A stretch of DNA of 64,000 bases from Schizochytrium sp. TIO01. Its lineage: Eukaryota; Protista; Bigyra: Labyrinthulomycetes. The position numbers and the translations under genes are program-made. Positions 1 through 11,219 of this stretch are shown here, piece by piece (the stretch's first letter is position 1; each line of letters starts with the position of its first letter). The stretch lies in contig SMSO01000014.1 of assembly GCA_004764695.1 (NCBI GenBank), forward strand, positions 1,793,648 to 1,857,647. The letters are read 5' to 3'. Under the pieces are notes generated by a model. That model saw nothing but the letters and a program-made list of their open reading frames with translations, searched no databases and was not told the origin of the DNA.

Positions 1-1560
1 AAGAACCGCTTTCACCACGCTCTCCCATTCTGTGAGATCCGCACCCCCTCCGCACAATACCAAACCGCTTTCCCCTTCTCTGTGCACGCCGCACGGGACA
101 GCGTGTAAGCTTCGCTCCGGCGCCGCGGTGCGAATGTACGGGACGCGGAGAGCGGAGGCCTCTGCATAAGAAAGGGAGGGCAGCGAACACGAGGGAACCG
201 CGAGCGCCGAGAGCACCTGAAGCGCGTGGGCTCTCGCCGCAGAAGTGGCGAGGCGCTGTCTCCTGGGCCCTTCCTGCGCTCTGGCCGGCCTGGAGGCGGC
301 GCGAGGAGGCCTCTCTCTTCTCCGGCTCGAGGAAGGCCACGCGTAGCGTCCGCCGGAGAGAAAGGAGAAAGAAAGAAAGATATCCTCTCTGCGTGGATAT
401 CTACTTACTCTCTTTCTTTCACATATGCATGCTCAGGTACGCACCTTCTACGCACTTATGGATGTGAAGGGGCGCATGCGCGGGTCTGGTGGGAAAATGG
501 CGCCCGCTCTCTGCCTTGAATGAAATCAAACCCCGTCAGTGCTCGTCTTTTCCTGAAATGGTTTTCCCTGGGCAAGACTAGGCGCGCCTAAGCGTGACTA
601 GGCGCCAACTTCGGCCTTCGCCGCAACCCAAAAGTCTTCTCGTGGGGGAGACTCCTGAGAGGACCCCTGGAAGCGCCAGAGGCCGGTGCTTCGGTGCGGG
701 GGCGCAAAGCACAGATGGGCTAGGCCAGGAGTTTGGCGGCGTGGGTGGAAGGGTGGAAGAGAGATACGGCACAGTATGGCGAAAAGAGGCCAGTGGGACA
801 GGGCGCAGGAGACCCGGTGTGTTCCAGTTTGGAGAGAACGGAGGTTGGAACGCGCGCGAGTCCACTGAGATCGAGGAATTGATATTACTTACACAGAAGT
901 ATTTGCATTGCAATGAATTAGTTGACTTGAAGGAGAACTTGGACTTGGACTCGAAGCTCGCTGCTTCTGCGGTGGACGATTGCAGATGATGATGCTATTT
1001 GCAGGCCGAGGATTGCTTGATTTCATTCTTGCAGAGCTTGAAGCATCTTGAAGCCCGCGGGAAAGACGGCGCCGGGTACTACGCCTGTGGCGTCATTGTG
1101 GGCATCGGCGTCGCGACTAAAAAGAAGCAGAGCAGGGTCCGCCATTTTCCTGAAATCTGGCCGAGCGCAAATCATCGCCGCTTTCCGCTGTGCGCTGTAG
1201 TCGCACAGACTGAGATAGACAAAGCAAACAAAGCAAACAAAGAAACAAATTGAACATAAGGTTGGAACTTCAAGCTGGTGGGAAAATACACTCATCCGGG
1301 ATCATGAATGATGGACGATGAATCGATCATGATCATGATCATGGTCATGAATTATGGTGTTTATTTGTTTGTTCGTCTGAATATGCATGCAGTGATGATG
1401 GGCAATCATCGACCGCATTGGCTGTAGTAGATCTCACGAGCTGAGGGTCTTCTGAGTAAGCTCAATCGATCGATCACACACAGCCTTGTGAAGATCAGCA
1501 AATTGCACTTTGTCTTGTCTCATGAATGCTCGCCGTGCGAATTCAGAGCTCTTAGATCAA

Positions 1561-1568
1561 GGTTGTCG

Positions 1569-1609
<41 letters not shown>

Positions 1610-1675
1610 GCTTATGATGATGTTGTTACTGCTGCTGTCATTGTTGGTGTCGTTGTTATTGTTGTTATTGTTGTG
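1561..1675. repeat. (TTG)n trinucleotide microsatellite, degenerate at the 3' end
   Basis: Directly visible run gttgttgtt...; it generates the spurious poly-L and poly-N ORFs. Confidence 0.95.
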
Positions 1676-4600
1676 GTGCAGTTGATCATCATTGTCTTTT
1701 TTTGCATTTTCTTTCTCGACATCACACATCCTATCTTCCTATTGTTTTCTTCCCTTTTAAAAATAGAATTAATTTTTAAATAATAAAAAATTGTGAAGAA
1801 AGCCATAGAAATTAATACCGCCTACTTTGCGGGTGCCTTCCTCGCAGGCATATTTGGGGTGATTGAGAAACAGCATAAAACCCGAAAGCTACGAAACTTT
1901 GAAGATATTTGACTGCTGATGATGAAACGAACTTGTGTGCCTTTGATGTATCGAAACGATTCGAACATGTGCCGTCTTGTTCATCTATTTTTAATTAAAA
2001 TAATCAAAATACTTTTTTCTTTTCTTTTTTAATGAAAATAAAATGTTTAATTCTATTTTTAAAGGGGAGTGAAAAGAAGATTGCTGTTTAGAATTATCAC
2101 GAATATACATGTTGGTGACATAGGCCTTATGTCTACATTACTTAGTAGTGTGCGACTTCACGGAAGCGCCAACTCCCCAAAGTTGCCTTGCGACCACAGA
2201 CAATCACTTGCGGTCGTTCGAATCAATCTCTCTTGCTACAGCCAAGCTAAGAAAATGCAGCCGAAGCTTCAAGAGCGCACAATGAATTAAGCAAGCCAAC
2301 TCTGCGGTGAGAGTCTTGAGACCAAGTGCATTGCAGCATCGATTGTTCTTGACAACTGCATAAGATCCTGCTTGCGTACGCCTGGCCTGCATTGTTTGCA
2401 ACCAAGGAATTCATTGTGCAGTAACATTAAGAAAAGTCACCTTCACACAAAGCCGCTTCTTGGACTCTTGGTAGTAGGGGTACCTAGTACCAGTCCCTGC
2501 CTCTCAGGTCAACAAGCAAACATCAACTAGTCCAACGATGGGGACTACTAGGGAGATAGTCAAGATATAGAACACATTTGTCCACCGTGGCAAGGGAGGT
2601 GCCCGAACGATACTGCTGTGAGAAACTAAGTAACCACAACCAATACCTAGGTAGGTAAGTACCTACGAGCAAGATTTTGATGATTAAAATACCTAGTAGT
2701 AGCTACTATCCCATGTGATCCTTGGCTATTCTGTAATAAAATGGCCATGCAATTCATTATGAGTACTATTTCTATTTGTAATTCCCCAATGCATAAAGCT
2801 GGCCACCACGCACAATCAAGTAAAAATTCACGAAGTGATGTGCATTTTACAACTCACTAGCTGCTTTGTGGCATAGGAAATTTTGGACAGCGCGAGCAAT
2901 GCTCATCCTGATCGATTAAATGCCCTAAATGTAGCTTGCAACGAGCTTTTCTCCTAGCGGCATTGAGATCGTCATCTTCTTTCATTGTGATGTACATATT
3001 GTTGCATTTGAAATCCCAGCGACTTGAGCAAGGGGAGAGCTCGATCAGCCACTATGTAAATTATTGCACTGATCGACACCACGTCAACAGCGAGAACGCT
3101 TTTCTTTTAATGTGAGCCAAAACCAATTGCTATTCGCAAGATCTTGCAGAAAGCTATTCATGCTAGTTTTCCGACCTTGTAGCGAGCTCGCTCGCTACTT
3201 AAGCCTATGTATTCTTGGGACCAAAGCTTCTCTCTGATCAATTTACCGAGCTAGTAAACGTACTCAAGGCATTGATTGTGCTCTGTTTGGGCTTCTAAGC
3301 AAATTTTGACATCCGTTTCCGTCAGATCAGACACCCTCCTTTCATAATTGGAGAACACAAGCAATTTGTTGTCTAGACTACTGTGCTATCGACATACTCG
3401 TCATATGAGCCGGGTCGAAATACATTATTAAAGCGCTAACGTTGGCAAACTCGTTTGGGTTCCAAAGCTTTCTTACGGTTTGACACAATTAGCATCAATT
3501 AGAAAATGCTCACGCTTGGGATCGGGCGGAATTTTAGTTTCCATTCTGCAAAAAGAACTATTCAAAGGTTTTCGCGTTACGGGTTGTTGCATGAGGGGCA
3601 ATAAGGAGTTGCTGGGCAATAACAACATCTCAAAGCCATTCGACAAGTGACTCGGTGCGCTTTAGCGCACGCACTATATATCTCGCGCGTCCTGTAGGGT
3701 TGTTTATCCTGGATATTTCCTTGCTGTTGAGCATGTTTACTCACCTCTCCACTTCCTCATGGTATCCTTCTTCTGGACATACTGGAATTTAAGATATAGT
3801 CTTCTCGTAGTTGATGTCCACCGGTATGTGTAGCAAAAGAAGACTTTTCTCTACGGTCTGACATTTGTCTCCTCGCTACATCTGACAGAGTCATGCTATT
3901 TTTCGGTATTGGGAACTCGAAGCACTCGACTTGCTCCTCCCACGTGCAACGCTCGCTTTGAATTGTAGGTTTTACACATACTAAGTCATTGACACATGCT
4001 GTACGTGTCCAGTTTATGTAGTCACAGGAGCACTGTAGTGGTCAGTAGGTAGAATCGTAGTACAAGCAAATTGCCTAATTTATTCTCGGATCGTCGCACG
4101 CCACAGGATTTGATGTGCGTTTCGTTAATCAAATGAAAGTAGACAGTGCGCGAGAGCAGATTTTTTCCAATGGAACTTCCACTCTATCATGACCAAGTTT
4201 CTCAGCCATCAGGTAGGGTCGTCCTCAGCCCCGGTGACCACAAAACGTGCGCTCCCAAAACGTATCTCCTACATGTGCGCCTTCCATAATTTATCATTAT
4301 TAAGAAGACCTTACACCCCATTTCCAATAACTCTTACCTATTTTCTCTAACAGTGCTACCCAGCGCTCAGCTCGCATGCTCAGTCTTCAGAATGGCGCCC
4401 CAAAACTCCGCCCAAAACTTCGCATCACCATAAAACCACAATATCCTCATAGACCGCGATCTCTACTTCAAGTTCGACCACAAAATCGTCCCAAGTCCCA
4501 AGCTGATCAACCTCAACCCCTAATTGTGCCGCTGTGTCTCGCCGCCATCGTCGCGAGAACACTCCTCTGCTTCGGAAGGTTGCGGCGTCGTTCGCACACC

Positions 4601-5311
4601 GCGGATTATGTCCTCTTTTATGGTACATGGTACCCACGTGGGCCTCCTCTCACGCCCTCTGCAATTGTCCCCTCCTCGTTTTTGTTGCCCTCGCTGCTGC
4701 GCGAGCCGAATCAGCTAACGAGGCCGTGTTCGCTGCTCAGGCTCGCCCGTGAAAGGGCCTCGTCTGCCTGCTCCGTGTCAGCTTTGCCTCGTTCCTGGTC
4801 GCCTTCTGGGGCCTGATGTCTTGGTTGATTTGTGCATCATGGTGGCGGGCACGGGAGAGAGGCTATCGTTACTGCGATATAACGAAAGCTGTGTTTTGTT
4901 ATGTTTATTGCTATGAGGACTCTTTCTCTCTTTCTCTTTCTCTCTTTTTGTGTGTGTGTCTCTGAGATGTTCTTTCTTTCTTCGCTTTACTGTTATTTCT
5001 GCGGCTGTGTTTTCAGGGAAAGGAGCCATGAACTAACTCGCTCTGCTGTGTTTCTCTGCGTATGCAGCGAGGTGCCTGCTGGGAAGGCATGTGCCCTGGC
5101 AATGCGGAGGGCATGGCGGTCTGCAGTGTTTATGGGTCGGCTCCGGAGGAGTTGTTCTGTGCAGTTCTCAGAGTCTCTTCTGCATAGACGGATGGATGAT
5201 GATCTTTACATTTTTGCTCCTCGTGCTTCACTCTATGTATATGGTTTACATAGGATATCTGTGTTAGTTTGTTTTATTCTTCTTTCAAAGTTTCTCTGTG
5301 GTTACCCATAA

Positions 5312-5313
5312 TT

Positions 5314-5356
<43 letters not shown>
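5312..5356. repeat. (TTTC)n microsatellite
   Basis: Directly visible tandem tttc upstream of the PDK-like gene. Confidence 0.95.
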
Positions 5357-5357
<1 letters not shown>

Positions 5358-5833
5358 AATTACATACATAGATCATTCCTATTCTTGTTAGTGGTAGTGG
5401 TAGTAGTGGTGGTAGTGGTAGTAGGCCAATTCATAGGTATGTTTGTTGGAATGGAAAGAAGTGAGAGCTAGCAAGCAGAATGCAAATCCCGAAGAGCCCG
5501 TGCCGCTGTGGCTGAGACTGCCAGCGGTACGCACGAGCCGACGCCTTCTTTGCGCTGCCGACTCGCTTATTCTTCCTCATTTAACTTCACCACCGGCTAA
5601 GCTCTCGCCTGCTTGCGAGATTGCTGTTAGGCTGAGCGCTTCAGCTAACTCGTGCTGTCTCTTTCCGATTTAGACGACCTTAGAGCAAGACAACGAAGTT
5701 CTGGGAGCTCTTAAATCGCGCTTGAGGCTGCCTTGGGTAAAACTGGAGAGAAGCGCAATAGACCACCTTATCTTGAGGTATATTGAGAGGTTATCGTAGC
5801 CTGAAGTTAAGATTTATTGAAGCGTTATTGAAG

Positions 5834-7180
5834 ATGCTTGCGCTCCGTGCTCACAATGCTGTGGCATCAAGGAGCTCGCGTGGAGCAATCTTAGGCGCAA
5901 CCACATCATTTACTTATGCTACTCTTGGCCAACGAAGGTGGCAGCCATTTTCATCTTCAGCGTCAACGTCAAGTGACCCTGATCAAGCCCTTCAGGATCT
6001 TGTGAATCGCTACGCAAATCGTTCTCAGACACCTGTGGGAATCCGAACCTTGATTGATACAGGTACCGGCAAGCTCCTCGGTAAGGGCCAAGGTAATTGG
6101 AAAGAGACTGCCGAAATGTTGAGGCAGCTCAAGGGAGGCGAAAAATCACCTTTTCCTGCAGAAATTAGTGATCAAGATCGAAAGAAGCTTGCACGCGTCC
6201 AAATTGCAAGCTTCTTGCGAAGGGAGCTCCCTGTGCGTTTTGCACATCGCGCTCGAGAATTGTCGCTAGCGCCTTATGGTTTAGGTAATATGCCTGCGAT
6301 ACAAGAGGTGAAGAACTGGTATGTAAAGAGTTTCGAGGAAGTGATGTCCTTTGACGAGGAGAGACTCGCGGGTGCGATCCACGCCGAGGACGAGGCCTTT
6401 AAGGATATGCTTAGTAGCATTTACCAACGTCACCAGGATACACTTGTGATGATCGCCAAGGGTTTGCATGAGTTCAAAAAGAGTGAACAAGGTAGTGCTC
6501 TGTTGCAAAGAGTGAATAAGGATCTCTCTGATGTGCGTGAGATTCATGACTACTTTGATCGTTTCTTTCTTAGCCGTATTGCGATTCGTATCCTCATCGG
6601 TCACTTTCTGGAGTTGTACGAAGAGCAACCACCTGACTTTGTTGGACTCGTCTGCCTCAAAACTTCTGCGGCACAGGTTGCACGTGCTGCTGCAGAGGAT
6701 GCAAGGTACATGTGTGAGCGTCAGTATGCAGATGCACCAGAAGTTGAGTTCCTCGGGCGTGTGGACCTAACTTTCCCTTACATCCCTTCCCATCTTTACT
6801 ACGTTCTCTTCGAGCTTCTGAAAAATAGTATGCGTGCCGTCGCAGAACGGCATGCAGGAGAGGACATGCCTCCAATTCGCGTGGTTATTGCAGATGGTGA
6901 GAAGAATGAAGATGTTGTGATTCGCATTAGTGATCTTGGTGGAGGAATTCCACGCTCCATTACACAAAAGGTCTTTTCTTATTTGTTTACTACGGCGCAT
7001 GATGCTTTCCCCGAACACTTGGAGGAACTTCACGATTTTGGCCGTGAAAACCCCATGGCTGGTCTCGGGTATGGACTGGGTGTCGCACGCGGCTATGTGC
7101 GTTACTTCAACGGCGATCTCACCTTGATGTCTATGGAAGGTTATGGCACGGACGTGTTCATCCATGTACCTCATGTATAA
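5834..7180 (+). CDS. PDK: Mitochondrial pyruvate dehydrogenase kinase / BCKD kinase family (GHKL-type protein kinase)
   Basis: Family motifs FLRRELPVRFAHR, FFLSRIAIRIL, PSHLYYVLFELLKNSMRA (N box), ISDLGGGIP (G1), PMAGLGYGL (G2), SMEGYGTD. First ATG is at 5834 (the ORF track starts at an upstream TTG). The Arg/Ser-rich N-terminus resembles a mitochondrial presequence. PDK versus BCKDK is not resolved. Confidence 0.9.
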   Translation: MLALRAHNAVASRSSRGAILGATTSFTYATLGQRRWQPFSSSASTSSDPDQALQDLVNRYANRSQTPVGIRTLIDTGTGKLLGKGQGNWKETAEMLRQLKGGEKSPFPAEISDQDRKKLARVQIASFLRRELPVRFAHRARELSLAPYGLGNMPAIQEVKNWYVKSFEEVMSFDEERLAGAIHAEDEAFKDMLSSIYQRHQDTLVMIAKGLHEFKKSEQGSALLQRVNKDLSDVREIHDYFDRFFLSRIAIRILIGHFLELYEEQPPDFVGLVCLKTSAAQVARAAAEDARYMCERQYADAPEVEFLGRVDLTFPYIPSHLYYVLFELLKNSMRAVAERHAGEDMPPIRVVIADGEKNEDVVIRISDLGGGIPRSITQKVFSYLFTTAHDAFPEHLEELHDFGRENPMAGLGYGLGVARGYVRYFNGDLTLMSMEGYGTDVFIHVPHV

Positions 7181-7424
7181 TCATCACAAGTGTTTACCTA
7201 TCACCAATGCACATAAATTAAAAGCAGAAAATCAACAATAATAATAATGACGAATGCAAATATCTTTGTCTTCGCTACACAACTCGCTCATTTATCAGCA
7301 TGGAATACTCTCTCTTTCTGTGAGTAAGTAGCACAACCGCTGGAACAGTGTTCCTATCTTCTCATCTTTCATCCTCATTTAGAAGGTGTCATACATTGTC
7401 TTAATTGTTACTTCGGCGGATCAT

Positions 7425-10400
7425 TCAGGGTTCATTCAAGTTACCCTCTGAGTTTTGTTCTTCCCCAGGTGTTTTCTCTGTCTCATCGTCCGATCTGTTT
7501 AACATAGCAGAGTCTATCTGGAAAGGCTGTGACACTCCAATATTCCCTGGTTTAGCTTCAAATAAATAGTCATCGCGCTCAGGGTACTGCATAGCTTGAT
7601 GTTTTTCACGCAACCCAGTCAGCAACGATGGGTAGCTCGCTTTCTTGAAGCAGTCCTGCGGTGCTGCTCCTAGAAGCATTTCCAAAACGCAGATTAGCTT
7701 CTCAGAAAGGTAGGCATCAGCCGGCAAGCCCACGTCCTCGACTACTATAGGGTGTCCTATTGCATCCGCAAGATAGACAATGCCTTCAAGGAATTCCGTA
7801 TAGCTTAAGGCTGCACTCATATTTCGAGCACGATCCCGTACGTTGCGCACAAGTTTGTTCCGCTCTAGCGTCTGCGCTGACCAAAAAGCAAGTTTGATTA
7901 CCAGGGGGTTAAAGATCGAACGTGATATATCGCCGCCTTTTTTCCGAGCCAAGGCACTTAGTGAGGCTCGACTTACACCTGTGCTATTAATCATATCTAG
8001 CCAATGATCCTTTTTCATCAGTAAATTTGCACCCGTCACTCCAGCATATGTTCGCCATAGCTTGTCAATCTTGAGTTTGTAGGTCGTCAAAACAGTCACT
8101 ATGTCGTAGTAAAAAAGCTTGTCCCGCCGAAAGCAGTTGCTTGTCATGCGCTTCCCGAACGGGAAAATATTCTCCAGCAATAACCATTCAAAAGCATCTT
8201 TACGTGTAGGTGCGCTTCGCAATGATTTCTTATCGAAGAATTTGCGCATTGCAAGTCGAATGAGGGCTTCCACAAACTCATAAAGACAAAGAGCATTGTC
8301 TGGATTTTCGTTCATGGCCATTTGTGCTTCCTTCGTTTCAGCCTTGAGCTCTACATTTGCAGCGATGAAGGCGCCTTGCGCAACATTATCGGGACAGCCC
8401 GAGTCAGAGATGCGACACTCGAAAACAATGTCCATGAATTCATTAAACCCGATGCAGTCATGATCATTACCCATGGCTGCATAATAGCGGTGAACGTTAG
8501 AAAGTTCAAAATAATTCTCGCTAACCACAGCACGGATTTCTATAATGTCTTTCTCATCTTTGATAAATCGAATAAGTTTTGGTTCCATAAATTGCCAATC
8601 AGTATACATTGCAGTCTGAGCAACAATAATAGTATCAAAGAACGCATACGAATCGGCTTCTTTAACTCGATCGTGAAATATACTTGCAGAGAGGTCTAAG
8701 TGACTTGATTGTGCTGTGAGCTCTTCTGCAGCGACAGCTTTTGACAATCCCAAGTAAGGCTCATAGCATTTAATGGTGCCAACTAGATGCCTTAGTCTAG
8801 GGGGATATTCCAAATGAACTTCAATAATTTCAAACCCATGAAGTTGCAGACGCAGGATGTTCATATGCTCTTTAAGTTCCCATATAAATTGTATTAAGCC
8901 ATCACAAAAAGTCAGCGATTTCTCACCATCAGCATTGGGGAATTCGCTTGGTGCTGTGCTGGAAGGGGAGTCATCACTGATTGTGTTTTCCAAGTAGAAC
9001 AATGCCAGATTCTCAGACTCCCTCACGCAAGCGATGAGTGCCATACTCGTTTCGAGACCAAGAGGGTTGAAACTCAACGAGAAGTCTACCAAAGTGCTAT
9101 TTGCTCGTAAGCCAGGAATCAAATGAGTTCCAATTGCTTTTGTGAAACGATTGTTCGCAAGAACAAGCTTATTGAGACCTTGTAATGGGGACTCCTCCTC
9201 AAGGATCTTACGCAAGGCAGGCCCGCACCGGTCAGTGATGCCATTAAAAGCGAGAGAAAGCTCTGTTAGCGCAGATGCTTTTGCTGCAGATAGTCTGCTA
9301 AGAAGAATTTCGGCCCCTTCGCCACCAAGTTCGTTCCATGACAGGTTCAGAACTTCCACTGTAAGACGCAATCCCAAATTTTCGTCATTCAATGCATCGG
9401 CAAACTGTTTCGCAAATGACGGGCCTAGCATATTCTGGCTTAGATCTAGACTACGCAAGCACGCACAACCCCGAAGCGCTTTGACAAGTTCCTCTGTACA
9501 TGTGTCATCGAAAGCTGAGTTCGAAAGAGTAACTTGTGACAGGCGAGCCACCATGGGCAAAGTGGCTTGCAAGATGCGAGCAAATGGCTTTCCATAGAGG
9601 CATGGCTTATCAAGGCCCGAGTCCGCACGTGTGCTAACCTCTTCTCCCTCAACGCGTATGCACTGTTTTTTATCAAGGCCACGAACTATACTGAATCCTT
9701 GCAACGAAAGACGGTCTAATGGTCTCCAACCAAAATTAAGCGTAAGCTGTACGCAGCGAAGAATGTCATTTACATGACGACTTAGCGTGCGCATCAACGC
9801 ATAGGTCTGCAATGGGACTGTAGACTGAAGATCGACAAAATCTAGAAAAAGTTCAACAGTATTCTCCTCTGATGCGTACTCGATTCCACTACCAACAAAT
9901 GTGTCCCGAAGCATAGACATGAGATCGACCTCTGGAGAAGAGAATAACTCTGTACACGTTTCTACAAATGTGTAAAGAATTTCAGACTTTTGCGCAATGA
10001 CAAGCGCCTCAAGGCGTCTATCAAACCGATCTTGATGATACTGCCTAAGTTTTTCTTCCTCAAGTTTATTTTTTTCGATTACCGTCTGCTTTCGTCTTTG
10101 CGCATGTGCTCGCGCAAGCATATTTTCTTCGGAGTCGCGGCCTGGTTTGGGGGTCCTAAAACCACCTCGCATGATGTGTACCAGTACATGACTTCCAATC
10201 TGACATTCATAAACGGCACTGTTCGCTTCGTCCAATTGTTCAATCGGACAATCACCAATTTGTAATACGACGTCACCTACTTGGAGCAGATTTTCCGCGC
10301 GAATTGTTGTGTTCTTGATTATAGGCGCCCGATTATCCGTGAACACCTGAGAAATTCGCACTCGTGAAGGCTGTGCATCAGGGTCATTGGGATCCCCACG

Positions 10401-10796
10401 ATTATTTCCTTGCCGCATGACGAATCCGAGGCCAAACATAGTTCGTAGAATCTCAAAAATAAAAACTTGCGGCGCATGTACCTCACGAACATTTGCCAAA
10501 GCTTTTCGAGCATACAATGGAACAAGCAAGGGCTTTCCCCCGGCTTGCCACTCCTGCAACCTTGGTTTGAGTGTTATTTTTTTCATAATTGCTTCTCTGT
10601 TCGCATTCAGAGCGCGATCTGACCTTCTCTGTAGTCCATTTACCGTGAAGCTTCGTGTGCTTCGTGTGCTCCGAATGTTCTCCGCATGCATAATGTCCTT
10701 GACAATCGTCAGGTCAGCAGTTTCTTCATTCGCAAGTCCATGGTCAGGATCTCCTAGAGCAAAGTCCTGGCTCTCCGCTTCAGCATCGGCACTCAT
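7425..10796 (-). CDS. PDZ + RNI-like leucine-rich-repeat protein with EF-hand-like C-terminal region
   Basis: PDZ: FGLGFVM...VRISQV...LLQVGDVVLQI. LRRs: LRSLDLSQNMLG, VLNLSWNELGGEG, LTELSLAFNGI, LNKLVLANNRF, LVDFSLSFNPLG. C-terminal helical motifs IGFNEFMD, LYEFVEALIRLA, SYTEFLEGI. First ATG at 10796. Confidence 0.8.
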   Translation of the reverse strand: MSADAEAESQDFALGDPDHGLANEETADLTIVKDIMHAENIRSTRSTRSFTVNGLQRRSDRALNANREAIMKKITLKPRLQEWQAGGKPLLVPLYARKALANVREVHAPQVFIFEILRTMFGLGFVMRQGNNRGDPNDPDAQPSRVRISQVFTDNRAPIIKNTTIRAENLLQVGDVVLQIGDCPIEQLDEANSAVYECQIGSHVLVHIMRGGFRTPKPGRDSEENMLARAHAQRRKQTVIEKNKLEEEKLRQYHQDRFDRRLEALVIAQKSEILYTFVETCTELFSSPEVDLMSMLRDTFVGSGIEYASEENTVELFLDFVDLQSTVPLQTYALMRTLSRHVNDILRCVQLTLNFGWRPLDRLSLQGFSIVRGLDKKQCIRVEGEEVSTRADSGLDKPCLYGKPFARILQATLPMVARLSQVTLSNSAFDDTCTEELVKALRGCACLRSLDLSQNMLGPSFAKQFADALNDENLGLRLTVEVLNLSWNELGGEGAEILLSRLSAAKASALTELSLAFNGITDRCGPALRKILEEESPLQGLNKLVLANNRFTKAIGTHLIPGLRANSTLVDFSLSFNPLGLETSMALIACVRESENLALFYLENTISDDSPSSTAPSEFPNADGEKSLTFCDGLIQFIWELKEHMNILRLQLHGFEIIEVHLEYPPRLRHLVGTIKCYEPYLGLSKAVAAEELTAQSSHLDLSASIFHDRVKEADSYAFFDTIIVAQTAMYTDWQFMEPKLIRFIKDEKDIIEIRAVVSENYFELSNVHRYYAAMGNDHDCIGFNEFMDIVFECRISDSGCPDNVAQGAFIAANVELKAETKEAQMAMNENPDNALCLYEFVEALIRLAMRKFFDKKSLRSAPTRKDAFEWLLLENIFPFGKRMTSNCFRRDKLFYYDIVTVLTTYKLKIDKLWRTYAGVTGANLLMKKDHWLDMINSTGVSRASLSALARKKGGDISRSIFNPLVIKLAFWSAQTLERNKLVRNVRDRARNMSAALSYTEFLEGIVYLADAIGHPIVVEDVGLPADAYLSEKLICVLEMLLGAAPQDCFKKASYPSLLTGLREKHQAMQYPERDDYLFEAKPGNIGVSQPFQIDSAMLNRSDDETEKTPGEEQNSEGNLNEP

Positions 10797-11219
10797 GGCG
10801 TACAAACGCGCGGCACTGTCGGTGTGTCTCTACAGTTACCTCCTGCAGATCGACTTCCCCACGTTGAGGTGGTGACCTATGCCTAGGCATACATACGCAA
10901 GCGCTTGAGTTTCCGCAAGACTTTAGTGAGTGGTCTTTTTCAAAGCACCGCGCCGCATGCACGTGCGCACCAGTGCCTCATCATACTATTAAACAATATC
11001 ATGGTCGAAGGTGACCTCCACAATTACGGAAACGGATCTTTCCGACAGCGAAGGACCACATGTGCTAATCAGCGTATTAAGTAAGAAGTATCATGATCAA
11101 TAGAAAAAGGTTATACGAAAGAGCTGGAGTATTATCTAGGAGACATTGAGAAATGTATAGGAAGTGGGTCAAGTTATAAGAATGGGCAGACGCTTTTTTA
11201 CTATCTATAAAATCAGTTT

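Noticed and set aside
226-1295. Short GC-rich ORFs at the window start
   Set aside because: No domains or consistent codon bias; more likely promoter/UTR of a gene outside the window.
1488-1806. Poly-Leu, poly-Asn and poly-Thr ORFs
   Set aside because: Translations of the (TTG)n microsatellite.
2478-2700. Recurring TACCTAG(GTA) palindromes, also near 62980 and 63890
   Set aside because: Explained by abutting ACCT/AGGT simple-repeat units; no terminal inverted repeat or target-site duplication identified.
4376-5311. 146-aa and 136-aa ORFs upstream of PDK
   Set aside because: No recognisable family; composition resembles promoter, 5' UTR or intron.
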